From: Histomonas meleagridis 2922-C6/04-290x | Taxonomy: Eukaryota; Protista; Parabasalia | NCBI GenBank assembly: GCA_020184695.1 | Contig: JAANOX010000014.1 | Location: 186,001-250,000 of the forward strand | DNA: 64,000 nt | Direction: 5' to 3' | Translations under genes and position numbers: made by a program | In this document: positions 54,661-64,000 of the stretch, in pieces | How the letters are laid out: every line of letters starts with the position of its first letter | Position numbering within the stretch: the first letter of the stretch is position 1 | The notes under the pieces: generated by a model | Told to the model about the DNA's origin: nothing | The model's input: the letters and a program-made list of their open reading frames with translations, nothing else | The model's database searches: none

Positions 54661-55161
54661 ATGATGAGTAATTACCCAATGAACACATTAATAGGACATG
54701 TTATGAGTGTCCAAAAGCTGATTTATCCAGACTTTGAAATGATAAATAAAGCAGCTATAGTTGTGAGTGGTTTTATTACTGATGCATTTGAACAAATATT
54801 GAGAAAAATTCCAGATTTTTTAAATGCTAATGAAACCAAATCATTGGATATCCAAATTCTTCGAAAAGCTATTGAACAAGTTCTCCCAGAAAAATGTGCA
54901 TTAGCTTGTATTTCTCAAATCTTATCGAAGAACATCAAAATTCATCTTTCCCAATTGATCTTCACAATTACTTTGTTAAATATGTTCCTTGCAAAGAAGA
55001 ACTCATTGATCCCAAAGCACCTGTTTGAATTTCTTATCAATGAAATTATTAAAAATGCAGGACAAAATACAATTTCCTACAAGGAGAAAAGAATTATGCC
55101 TAAACATGTAGTTGACGCAATAAAACTGAATTATTTGCTATTAGGCTATAGCTTGAAATAA
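54661..55161 (+). CDS. Divergent tandem histone-fold protein (H2B-like fused to H2A-like)
   Basis: The N-half [30 protein letters not shown]...AIEQVLPEK parallels H2B. The C-half [35 protein letters not shown] parallels H2A ([34 protein letters not shown]). Confidence 0.7.
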   Translation: [166 protein letters not shown]

Positions 55162-55267
55162 AAAATATATTTCATTAAATGTTTACATATACTAACGATA
55201 GATTTTTGAATGCTTTTTGATACGAAACGCGCAGAATTTTCTATCGTTTCACACAAGCCATTTTTTT

Positions 55268-56287
55268 TTAGTCAATATCCTCTAACAATTCGATTGGCTT
55301 TTCCTGATTGGATATTAGAGTCCATTCAGAATACCTAAAGCATTTGAACCGAATAATTTGGTTATATACAAGAGATGCAAATGCATAAAGTATTAATGCA
55401 AAGATCTGCCAAATGCTTTTTGTCGACAATAATTCCCCATATTCTCCGCCCATGATAAGGAGTATAGTCCACGTTAGAACAGAAACAATAATGTCGATCA
55501 CAACAAAGTGCACTGACTGTCTGTCGCCAGGAAGCAAAACAGTTGACGATGATGACAAAAATGCGGAAAGTATCAAAATGAAGGCACCTAAAATGATCTT
55601 GACAGAAGAAAACATAACAGAAAGTCCATCAATGACATTCTCAAGTGCGCCTCCAGATAATGAAGATACATCAGATCCGGGAATAACATAAGCTAATGGT
55701 AAAATAATGACAGCAGAGAAGATGAATGCACATATCCCTTCACCAGAAACAATTTGGGAATCAAGAATTTTGACTTCATGTAATAATTTCTTTTCAAAAA
55801 ATATCTGAAATACTTTGAATATTTGTGAACAAAGTGCTGCAAATGGTGGCCAAATTGGTCCTTCGTTTGCAAGAAATGCAAAGATTGTAGCAATAACGAT
55901 TATTCCAATGGCAAAAAATTGATACCCTCGTGGAATCTTTCCAGCCGTAACAATTGGCATAAATAGAAAGATTGAATGCCTGATAATAAAACAAATTGAT
56001 GCTTTTCCATAAACAACAGCAAAATTAAATACAACTAATGAAAATGTATAGAAAATAGATGGGATAATTAAGCGAATAAAAGGTTTTGGTTGGAAGCTTT
56101 GACGATCAATTACCCAGACAAGCATAACTCCAATGAAAATGAAAAAAGTCATGGTAATTGGTTTTTTAAATTGTTTAACATCATCATTTTCTTCATATGT
56201 AATTTGACTCAGAACTTTGATCATTATATCATTTGCAACATATGAAAGTGCTGAAAATACCGAAAAGAGTACTGTTTGACAATCCAT
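55268..56287 (-). CDS. Drug/metabolite (SLC35-like) multi-pass transporter
   Basis: About 9-10 hydrophobic helices, with FKKP..MTFF.F.G and FEKKLL...IVSGEGI resembling SLC35F/nucleotide-sugar transporters. Confidence 0.8.
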   Translation of the reverse strand: MDCQTVLFSVFSALSYVANDIMIKVLSQITYEENDDVKQFKKPITMTFFIFIGVMLVWVIDRQSFQPKPFIRLIIPSIFYTFSLVVFNFAVVYGKASICFIIRHSIFLFMPIVTAGKIPRGYQFFAIGIIVIATIFAFLANEGPIWPPFAALCSQIFKVFQIFFEKKLLHEVKILDSQIVSGEGICAFIFSAVIILPLAYVIPGSDVSSLSGGALENVIDGLSVMFSSVKIILGAFILILSAFLSSSSTVLLPGDRQSVHFVVIDIIVSVLTWTILLIMGGEYGELLSTKSIWQIFALILYAFASLVYNQIIRFKCFRYSEWTLISNQEKPIELLEDID

Positions 56288-56747
56288 ATGTTATTATTCA
56301 AAAAGTGCCAATAGAACGATAAGAGATTTATGTCAAATCACATTGCTTTTGACCAAATATTGATTCAAAACATTTGAGTTTAAAGTAAAGCTAACAAATA
56401 TTGTAAACGTTCGTTATTAGGAATAGGTATGGATAGATAAGCTATATCGAAACCAAATAAAAGAAAAGAAATTTAAAATATGGCATTTTGCAAATAAAAA
56501 TTTGGATTCCAACAATAAATATTTCTTCATATACTTGTATGCCTATCTTATAGCTGTATTGAATACTGTTGGCAGAATAATACTGTAGCACACACGAGAA
56601 CCTCATATAATACCATTTTTAATGTAAACCTATTACAAATAAGAAAACCAAAAAAGTTATACGTATGAAAAATTACATTGAACAAACTATAAATATTTAA
56701 AAAAAAAAATCGCTTTGATCAAATCTACGCTCAAAAGTTAGTAAAAA

Positions 56748-57314
56748 TTACATTTCTTTGCTTAGCTTTTTTTGTTTTGGTTGCCTTTATAATGATATAA
56801 AGCTGCTTCAAAGGCAGCTTTAAAAACTTGTTCAAGGTTCGTCTGACGTTAAAAATGTCATTTTAACATGTTAATGTAAGTAAATACGTGGATTTCGTTT
56901 ACAGCAACTGGCCTTTTGAGGTGATTACAGGAGCTTCTTTTGGTTGGCACTGAGAAGGATTCCGTTCATACTCATATCTGAAAGACTAACCAAAATAATC
57001 AGAGCGCTCTCGCATAAATCCTAGCCTGCAAACTCAGGAAGATACTCTTCTTTTTGAATATTTTCAAAAGATTGTGGATTAACTAATGAAAAGCAAGCAA
57101 TAAATCATTTGTGTATGGTGCGTAGGTTAAAGGTCGCAAGCTCGTATGGTCACGGCATGAGCTGGTTTTTGTATCAAGATAGATTTCGCCAGATTCCAAT
57201 TTATGTAATTTTCACGAAAATCTGGTAAAGACAACTTCGTGGTTAGTAAGTCTTTCCAACACGCATGTCAGCTGTAACAACTATTCTGGGCGGACCATGA
57301 GGTTTGTTGCGCAT
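56748..57314 (-). pseudogene. Decayed duplicate of the Rho/Rac-like gene at 10587-11200
   Basis: The reverse strand retains GPPRIVV.., VGKT, CCTTTAACCTACGCACCATA, TTAATCCACAATCTTTTGAAAATATTCAAAAAGA, CCAAAAGAAGCTCCT and the 3' end, with many indels and stops. Confidence 0.9.
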
Positions 57315-57668
57315 TTAAACTTCCCCTATTTTTAGTCAAATGTTCTTTTTCAATTCATGTTAATCATTTTCCTCATTTTAATGTTATTGTCGTGATAACA
57401 TCATTAAAAGAATATAAATTGCATATTAATTAATATCTTCCTAGCAAATATTTTAAATGATTTATATATAGAATCATTCTTTCCATGTGGAACTTCTGTG
57501 GATAACTTAAAAAATCATGAAAATAATAGAATTTACATGTAATTAATATGTTTACGGGCATTCTTAAAGATTTGTTTCAGCTTTACTATATTCTTAATTT
57601 AGTATTCGCATATTTTTTTGAATGGCATTTTTATTTGAATTTTTTCAATTAACGATAGCAAAGGCAAA

Positions 57669-60284
57669 ATGGCAAAGCCTCCATCAAGAAGCGTCAAAGT
57701 AGCTGTTAATAACCAAACAGAATCATGGAAACAGCTAGAGCAAGATATTACTTCCAACTTTTTTTTCCAATTTCCTATACATAGCATCGATATTCATTAT
57801 GATGAAAAGGATGGATCTGGAATCAACATTGCACCAGAATTTATCCCCGAAGATCCTAATCTTATAGCACTTACACCAATTGGCAATGATCCGTATGAAC
57901 GACCATTTTTATACATCTATGTTTATGAAATCACAGATCCTAATGAATTAATATCAAAAGATTCCAACCCAATAACAATGTGGATAGAGGCCAAAAAGAT
58001 GATCAATGCCACTTATCTAGCAATTGCACTTCAAATTGATCGACCATTTTCCAAAAAGATCACAAATGTCGCACAAATCACTCCTTATCCAGAGGATCAA
58101 AGCAACATTATGTTAATTTCATACAAACCCAAGAAACGTCTTCCTGATTCCATCATATCTTCTGTCCAGTCAGCGATACAAGAGCACATTGTACAAGACT
58201 TTGTCAAGTACCATCATGAGGCCAAGAACAAGAGCGAAAAGTCTATTCAATATCGATATCGAATATGGTTAAATTTATTATTATTTTCATTTGGCTTTAT
58301 AAACACGTCATACATAGGGTACAAGTCGGTCTACGAAATTTTGAAGGAGAATTTCAAAGACATCACTAGATTATTAGACATTGTACTTGACAATTCACAA
58401 ATTATCCATTATCCATTCACTACACATGACGACAATGCCTCGAATCTAATGTTTGCACTTCATGGATTGATGAGTGTATTATATCAACAAGGGAATTGGA
58501 TCGAGCTCAGTCAATTATTTTTATCTCATTATAAATTTTTGATTACTAATTGTCATAATGCTAAAGAAGAACAACTTGTATACGGGTGGAGTGAAAAGTC
58601 CATTAATTCATTAGTTGAAATCTTAAACAAATCTGATTCGAAACAGTCATTAAAGCCATTACTGTTGTTAAAGTTCGATTTAATCATATACCAAAACGGC
58701 GATGACTTAGAGAAAGTATATGAACAATTAACGAAACTTGACATCAGTAAATATACGAATGATATCATCACAGCGAAGTTATTATTATGGCAAAACAAAC
58801 ACAACAAAAAGTTAATTAACAAAGTTCCATTAGATTTAACCAATTGGAAAATCGGAAGTGAAACAGTTTTATTACAATTTTATCAATCGTTAAATGATGA
58901 AAACGATAAATATAAAGTTATAAACTTTGGAACTAATTTATTAAAAGATAATTGTGCATTATCCGATGATGATAAATTAAAAGTGTTAAATGAAATTGCG
59001 GAATATAAATCAGATTGTTATAATATGGTTGATATCCCATTTAACACTAAATTAGATTTTTCATCAAATGCATTCATCGATGAATTAATGATGTATGAAC
59101 CATTCGAATTAAAAGTGAATATAAAAGGACCGAAATGGTTAAACTTAGCTGTGTTCGATAAGATGTATATCACATTCGAAAACTTAGAAACGAAAAACGA
59201 ATTTAATTCGAAATGTAAAAACATAAAATTTAATTCCGAAATTACATTTAAATGTATATTAAACTTAAAAGGGAAATGGAAAATCACAAAAATTCAAATC
59301 GTTTCTAAGAATTTGATTTTAGTCCTTCCGATTAATAATTCATATCGAATTGTCATTAAATCGTTCGGAGGAATTAAAAATAATATAATAATTCCACGAT
59401 TGATATGTGATCGAGATGAATTTTATATGATATTAAATATAAATTATTTAAATATATTCGCAAAATCAATTTCACATTTCTTATTGTTCGATAAGAAAAA
59501 TGTGATAATTCCAGCTCAATGTGGCGAAGCTTTATTAATGCCTTCGAATGATAAAATAATGTTCCAAATTAAAGAAAATGGGCAATTAGTTTTCAATGAT
59601 AAATATCCTTTCCAATCCGAAATGAAATGTAAAATTATCATAAAAATGTTAAAGTTCGTGGAAAACGCAATTTTAACAATAGACCATTTCATTGATGGGC
59701 AAAAAATTTGTTCCGAACGTATTAAAAATTCGTTTTCTTTCCCAATCACTTGTAAAACAAGATTTACAACTCAAAACATTTCGCACGTTATGTTAAAAAA
59801 TAACAGCGATAACGTTCTGAAAATTCAAAGCTCTGAAATCAAAGAAAAAGTTTTGATGCCTAATGAAAAGTATTTCGTTTTACATTTAAACCCTTTGAAT
59901 CCTTTGGAATTGAAAGTGAACGATGAGTTCGGTAATGAGGTTTACAAAAAGTGGGAATTGAATCAAGGAGCTGATGGAAAATGTATTAAAGTTACACTGA
60001 ATAAAAACGGAAAAATTATTGTGGGACAGTTCATAGAGGCAGAAATAGAATTGGGTAAATGCTCGTTGAAATTTGTCGAAAATGATCAATGTATCGTCGC
60101 GGGAATGTCACAAGTGAAGTGCTTTAACGGTGGAACATTGAAATTTCAATTGATGCCGTTGAAGGTGGGAATTGTAAAGTTGCCAAAAATTTTGATTGAT
60201 GGAGTGGAACATACTTTAGAACCAGGAAATATGAGAGTGGGATGTGAAGGCGCTTTCTCAAATGGGCCGTTGTTGTGTGAGTAA
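57669..60284 (+). CDS. TRAPPC10/Trs130-like protein
   Basis: 871 aa. The N-terminal pattern (W..LE.....FP...I...., FIPED, ERPFLYIY, I..W) and the C-terminal FQLMPLKVGIVKLPKI resemble the TRAPP II subunit Trs130. Confidence 0.55.
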   Translation: MAKPPSRSVKVAVNNQTESWKQLEQDITSNFFFQFPIHSIDIHYDEKDGSGINIAPEFIPEDPNLIALTPIGNDPYERPFLYIYVYEITDPNELISKDSNPITMWIEAKKMINATYLAIALQIDRPFSKKITNVAQITPYPEDQSNIMLISYKPKKRLPDSIISSVQSAIQEHIVQDFVKYHHEAKNKSEKSIQYRYRIWLNLLLFSFGFINTSYIGYKSVYEILKENFKDITRLLDIVLDNSQIIHYPFTTHDDNASNLMFALHGLMSVLYQQGNWIELSQLFLSHYKFLITNCHNAKEEQLVYGWSEKSINSLVEILNKSDSKQSLKPLLLLKFDLIIYQNGDDLEKVYEQLTKLDISKYTNDIITAKLLLWQNKHNKKLINKVPLDLTNWKIGSETVLLQFYQSLNDENDKYKVINFGTNLLKDNCALSDDDKLKVLNEIAEYKSDCYNMVDIPFNTKLDFSSNAFIDELMMYEPFELKVNIKGPKWLNLAVFDKMYITFENLETKNEFNSKCKNIKFNSEITFKCILNLKGKWKITKIQIVSKNLILVLPINNSYRIVIKSFGGIKNNIIIPRLICDRDEFYMILNINYLNIFAKSISHFLLFDKKNVIIPAQCGEALLMPSNDKIMFQIKENGQLVFNDKYPFQSEMKCKIIIKMLKFVENAILTIDHFIDGQKICSERIKNSFSFPITCKTRFTTQNISHVMLKNNSDNVLKIQSSEIKEKVLMPNEKYFVLHLNPLNPLELKVNDEFGNEVYKKWELNQGADGKCIKVTLNKNGKIIVGQFIEAEIELGKCSLKFVENDQCIVAGMSQVKCFNGGTLKFQLMPLKVGIVKLPKILIDGVEHTLEPGNMRVGCEGAFSNGPLLCE

Positions 60285-60442
60285 AAAATTTATTAGTTCA
60301 ATTTTTAATGTCAATCATTTACATATCTTAATGTGCATCATCATAAAAAGACTATGGAACCAAGTTAATGCAACTCCAAGCTCTGAATAGATAAATGAAA
60401 ACTTTTCTTTCATAAAAATTTCGATATATGTAATTTACTAAT

Positions 60443-61751
60443 TCAACTACTAAGTTGTTCATTTATGTTCATGCATGTTAAAAACGAACCTAATACTAAC
60501 ATTACAAATCCAAACAATCCTAATATAAAGCACAAGAGACTTCTCGTTGTTTTACTATTTCCAGTCCTCTTATGATATGCATACCACATAATGGCAGGAT
60601 AAACATAGTTAATCAAACAAACAGAAATAACAGAAAAGAAAAACCAAAATGAATTAGCGCTTCTAATATCGAAAACACCGAAAATGAATGGAAAAACATT
60701 ACTTAAAGTAATAACAGTTATAATTTTCCATTTAGGTAGTTCCAATATGTTTTCTTCCTTAAATATTAAGTTGCTCCATGAACACATTAAACTTTTACAG
60801 ACTAAAGGATATGAACATGTTACAATCAATAATATTCCTGCACAACGGCAATTAAAACATCGCTTCTATCAAATTCTTCGAAGATATTTATTTTCTCACC
60901 GCCTGTGGTCGCATAACCTGTGCAACCAGAAATTACATAAATGAAGTAATAATTGTTGCTAAAACAACTATGTTACGCTCCTTAAGTGATTTCTTCTTGT
61001 ATAAACGTAATATTGGCATGAATATTGTGGTAATTGGGTAATATAATACACAAAATGTTAATAACCCAAAAAACTCTGAAGTTATAGTAAAAGTATTGCA
61101 ACGGTGTATGGAGCCGTATGTACGTATGTATTGACCCATTTTAACAAACATTACAATTAAATAAAATATGACACATAATATTGTAATGATGGATAATTAT
61201 TGGAAGATCTTGTTCTTTCGATATGGAATTGTCAAACATATTGGAATAAGTGAATAAAAAAAGTTCGGAAGATATCTCATACTATTAGAAAGTTTCTATC
61301 CGCCTATCTCAAACCATAGGAATAATATATTTCCAGCAACAGCAAGATAATTAGTTAAGCAATAAAATAAATAAAAAATACTTAGGATAGAATATATAAT
61401 AGAACCAACTCGCCCAAGAATTTCATTGGTTAGTTGATTGATTCCATTTGTTTTTGTCTCGTTGGCAAGCTTAAGAATTATATAAGATGTTCCATATGAA
61501 ATAGCACCAAATATCATCAAAACAAGAATCGTTCCAACAAAACCAGCCCCTTCAAAAGAATATGAGTTGTTAGTAATTAAAGATCCAAGGAAAGAATTTA
61601 ATAAATTCAACACAGTAATAAATCCAGAAAAAGTATTTTGTTGTGATTCAGCTTGATAAGCTTTCTCATTATCAAGAAGGTTTCCCTCGACAGTTTTCGA
61701 AGATTTTTCATCAACATCATTATCATTAATAAGGGGATTTGTGTAATGCAT
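60443..61751 (-). pseudogene. Amino-acid/auxin permease (SLC38-like) transporter broken by frameshifts
   Basis: LNLLNSFLGS.I....YSF...GFVG, YFLTNYLAVAG and the C-terminal INYVYPAIMW..GFVMLVLG lie in three or more frames; could be assembly indels. Confidence 0.7.
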
Positions 61752-62422
61752 CTTCTTTATGAAGAAAAAAACAGAAACGTGATTTAGGCAATTCAATTTT
61801 TTTAATGTCCTCTGAAATTTGAATTGAATTTTATTGATCGTAGGGGAGTTTCATTCAAAATAACCAGATTTAAAACGTCCTGGCATTCAAAAAGTTCAAA
61901 GCTTACCTTGATAAATATTTTTGGCTTTTTACTGGTGCTTGAGTGCTCGTGCTTGGTGTGTATTATCTTGTTTTCTATACTTACCAATTAATCTTTTTTT
62001 TGGTGATGGAATCTTTTGAGAATTAAAATTGAAATTTGCATTGATTTCTATTCATGCTCAATTATTTGTTATAATAGTAAATATTAAGGAAAATGTTGCT
62101 GTAAAAGGAAATGATGTTTATCAATACCAAGTATTTTTTGTTCAAAGTTTGTTAATAAAGTTTCAACATATGTGTTTATATTGATGATAATTTTTAATCA
62201 GTATCAATTTCTCGTTATGTGAAATGTTCAGTTTTGATTTCATACTTTTTCTAAATCTATTTCTCAAATATGTTTTGTCTTATTATAAAATAACTTAGAT
62301 CATTATGTTATAAATAATAATCTTTATAAATATTTCCAAAAAAGGGTAAACTAACACTGTTAGTTTTAACTCCGCTTTTTCCATAATATCAATAATCGAT
62401 TTAAGAAGATAACATTATTTTT

Positions 62423-64000
62423 TTATTGAATTACGCATTGACGGGGAAATAACTCAGCAATTTCTGTATAATTTTTTTGTAACGCATACATTAGAGCTGT
62501 TTCAAATATTTATAATAATTTTCAAATAATATTTTGATATTAAAAATTATTGGAATAAAAATCAAATTTGATAAATAAAAATTTTTTGCACCAATATTAA
62601 TACCTCTTTTATTCAGAAGCAATTGTACTATTTCTTTATGACCATTTGAACAAGCCAACATAAGTGCTGTTTCAAGAAAAATGCATAATTTCCAAATGTT
62701 ATTTTGAAACATCAAATTTTTAATATGAATTTGAAGCAAAACAAATAAAATGTTTTATCATTAATTTTTATATGTTTTTGTTTAAGAAGAAATTTAACTG
62801 TTTCTATATGACCTTTTTCAGCTGCATACATTAGAGGTGTTTTAAATAATATAAATAAATTCCAAATATTATTTTCAAACAAAAAAGTTTTAAAATGAAC
62901 AAAAAACAAAATATAAAAACATCATGATAATTGATATCAACTTCTTCATGCTCAACAAGTAGTTTCATTACTTCTTCCCGACCATATATAGCTGCATAAA
63001 TTATTGCTGTTCGAAATATTTAAAATAATTTCCGAATATTATTTTAAAATATTAAATTATTAAAATAATTTATATCTTTTGCATTAATTTCAGTTCCTTC
63101 ATGTTCAAGAAGTAATTCAACTGCATTTACTTGACCATTTGCTGCTGCAATTATTAATGCTGTTTTAAATGATTTAAATGATTTCCAAATATTATTTTGA
63201 AGTTAAAAATCATTAAAATAAAATTTATCTGTATCATTAATATCAGTCATATAATAATTAAGAAACAATTCCATTAATTTTGTTTGACCTTTTTCAGCTG
63301 CAGTCATAAGTACTGTAAAAAATAATTTGAATAAATTTTCAAATTGATTAATTTAATTTTTCAAATTATTAAAATAAATAAATAAAACAAACAAAAATTT
63401 TTAGCATTTATATCAATAGAATCTTTTTTAAGAAGCAATTTGACCATTTTTATGTCATTATTTTTGGTTGCTTTCATAAGTGCATTATGAAATATTATAA
63501 ATAATTTTTAAGTATTAATTCGAAATATTCAATAATTAAAATAAATCCGAAACAAAACAAATAAAAATTTGTTGCATTATATAAAATACCTTTTTGTTTG
63601 AGAAGTAATTTAACTATTTCATAATTGAAATGTTTAGATGCATAAATAATGGGTGTATTAAACATTATAAAGAAAAATCAAATATTATCAAAAAATATTA
63701 AATTATTGATATAAAATATACCTATTTCATTTACATCTACATTGAAATTTTTTATAACGTACTTAACAAGCTCAACATTTCCCGACATTTCGCACAAAAT
63801 AAAAAAATTTTCCGGTACTTTAAATTTTTTATTTGTACTTTTTATGAGGAATAAATTTCCTGTTGCAGATAACACATTAATCAAGTCTTTTATTTGCAAA
63901 TAATTTTTTTTAATTAAAAAAGAAAGAAGTTCATAAGAACTACTTAAAACACATTTAACACCTAATATATATGATTTTTTGAATTGAATATTTTTTCTCT
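62423..64000 (-). CDS. DUF3447-type ankyrin repeat protein, locus 3 (5' end outside the window), with 8 spacer-interrupted ankyrin repeats
   Basis: The frame is open from the window edge to VNEIG. Seven 93-nt stop-free ankyrin segments follow (63659-63567, 63489-63397, 63319-63227, 63166-63074, 63013-62921, 62843-62751, 62673-62581), then a final segment 62503-62423. Confidence 0.85.
62504..63719 (-). other. Ankyrin-linker spacers, locus 3: 63719-63660 (60), 63566-63490 (77), 63396-63320 (77), 63226-63167 (60), 63073-63014 (60), 62920-62844 (77), 62750-62674 (77), 62580-62504 (77)
   Basis: Boundaries were set by alignment to the INxKD and xTA ankyrin codons. All are diverged versions of the locus 1 and locus 2 spacer. 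Confidence 0.9.

Overview
Gene-dense, very AT-rich eukaryotic DNA that looks like a parabasalid (trichomonad-type) genome. The inference rests on essentially intron-less genes, DUF3447-ankyrin and R2R3-Myb family members, a transmembrane PAS/class III cyclase, hydrogenosomal-type Pam16 and M3/M5-like ribosomal-protein promoters; the species cannot be fixed from sequence alone. Housekeeping genes include RPS27, RPS28, Sec1, UPF1, zeta-COP, IFT70, TRAPPC10-like, two kinases and two transporters. There are two decayed Mutator-like (MULE) transposase loci. One is a 4.8-kb element with TIRs and a 9-bp TSD that encloses an intact Myb gene. Also present are an acetolactate decarboxylase (probably of bacterial origin), an arsenite methyltransferase and a divergent H2B-H2A fusion protein. 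The standout observation is in three separate DUF3447-ankyrin genes (8636-10244, 18814-20858, 62423-64000). Their C-terminal ankyrin arrays are each interrupted at the same linker position by a conserved AT-rich spacer of 77, 60 or 51 nt (15 copies in total). The spacers lack usable GT-AG ends, break the frame or carry stops, and can fold into a hairpin with apparent compensatory changes, while all 12 internal ankyrin segments are exactly 93 nt and stop-free. This suggests an unrecognised non-canonical intron or translational-bypass element, but that needs RNA-level testing. Several genes carry 1-2 nt frameshifts that may be assembly errors.
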